A DNA stretch of 64,000 nt from positions 3,844,001-3,908,000 of the forward strand of contig CM102285.1 in the NCBI GenBank assembly GCA_046563655.1, read 5' to 3'. This DNA is from Yuukianura sp. NJ FZ-2021 (taxonomy: Eukaryota). A program made the position numbers and the translations under genes. Under the pieces are notes generated by a model. That model had not been told where the DNA came from. It worked only from the letters and a program-made list of their open reading frames with translations, and did no database searches. Shown here piece after piece: positions 62,775-64,000 of this stretch (position 1 is its first letter; each line of letters begins with the position of its first letter).

Positions 62775-64000
62775 ATCATATTTTATTTTAACATGATGTT
62801 AATTGATTGATTTTCTTGTTCTAAATTTAAACACAGACATTTTCTGGCGGGATTTAGTAGGATGAACCCGATTTATGAAAAGTCGTCCAAAGTTCATTTG
62901 TGTGACGGCACCGCCTTAACACATAAGATTGGTCGTGCTCAATTGCACCGTGAAATTTTTGACAAATGAGACATGTCAAAGCCCAGTTCCCAATCTTGTC
63001 CAAAAATGCCTTGGTTCAAAGTTCTACGGCTAGTGAAAATGGCAAATGGTGATGACTTTATGGCATTCATTAACCTTACAGCTCCGTATCTCATAAAAAA
63101 GAGTAACCATAACATGGAATGGAGGGAGGGAGACGTCGCACGGTGCAGCGGTTCGTGCAAAGACCAATTTAGTCCAGTGCTTATACAAAATGGAAATGTC
63201 AATGTCGCTCTTGACGTCAACGTCGACGCACCTTCACCTCTACTGTATTTCCCAAGAGCCTCCAGCACAGAGGCAGGAACAGAGCAAACAAGAAAACAGA
63301 CGCTCTCCAACCCTACTTAAAATTCTGTTCCATATTCCTACAGTTTTTCTGTTTTTCCAAAGTTCAAAATCATAAAAACAACAGAATTGTGTTTCACAAC
63401 AACTTACGGCACAGCGGCAATAAATCAAAAGAAAAGAAACGTTTCGTCATTCATAAGAACGCACACGCAAACGGAATATAGAGCTACATAAAAATCAAAA
63501 TCGAAATAAAAAAAAATCAAATTGAAGCATAGCAGATTCCACTTTTTTTTTTTTTACAGTTTTCTTTCTTTTACAGTTTCAACAAATCAAACAGTTTTTA
63601 TAGATCAAAAATCAATTGTCCTTTTTAAGTCCAAAACTTAGTATACTTTGTACACAGACCTAAACCACTTTTCAAAACGATATTCTTTGTTACTTTTAAA
63701 ATTCATACATTCTACAACTGCATGCAAGTTGCACAAAAGTAGAACTTTTAATTTGACACAACACAAAGGATACTGCTGGACGTCCCATCTCCCTGGATAA
63801 CAAAATCGTCCAGAAGATCCACCATTGTTAAATTGCTATTTACATTTCAAAATGTCAATTTTTATCATTCTGCCTCCCATTCTGCTCTCAACTTCTGTCA
63901 CTCTGTATCTGTCATGGACAAAGCGGCAGGCAGCATTTCCGTGATGCTTCTGCCTTGAGGTTATTGCTCACTCTACTTTATTATTTTCAAAAAACGAACA

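Noticed and set aside
62939-63375. Overlapping 115-123 aa ORFs on both strands
   Set aside because: No motif, paralog or convincing splice structure. It may be UTR or regulatory sequence.

Overview
AT-rich eukaryotic genomic DNA with many short GT-AG introns. The gene content points to an arthropod, and the gene-family style suggests a springtail or other basal hexapod (inference only). The left 39 kb is a tandem-duplication zone. It holds three lineages of gustatory-receptor-like membrane proteins (6 apparently intact genes, 1 frameshifted, 1 chimeric pseudogene, 1 remnant), a stand-alone DOMON gene and an orphan membrane-protein gene. It also holds an Ig-domain PVR/VEGFR-like receptor tyrosine kinase with a decayed duplicate carrying a 5'-truncated LINE, three MpaB/Lcp (DUF2236)-like oxygenase copies (1 intact) and a truncated carboxylesterase. 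The right 25 kb holds single-copy genes: a PR/SET-C2H2 zinc-finger gene, a carbohydrate sulfotransferase and a TGIF-type TALE homeobox gene. Several non-autonomous hAT-type elements with 8-bp target-site duplications (TSDs) and dispersed hairpin+(TGTC)n repeats are present. The most unusual non-coding item is a ~255-nt structured element at 38744-38998: two hairpins with complementary loops followed by a tRNA-like cloverleaf on an extended stem. Exon models were built by eye and no database searches were run.
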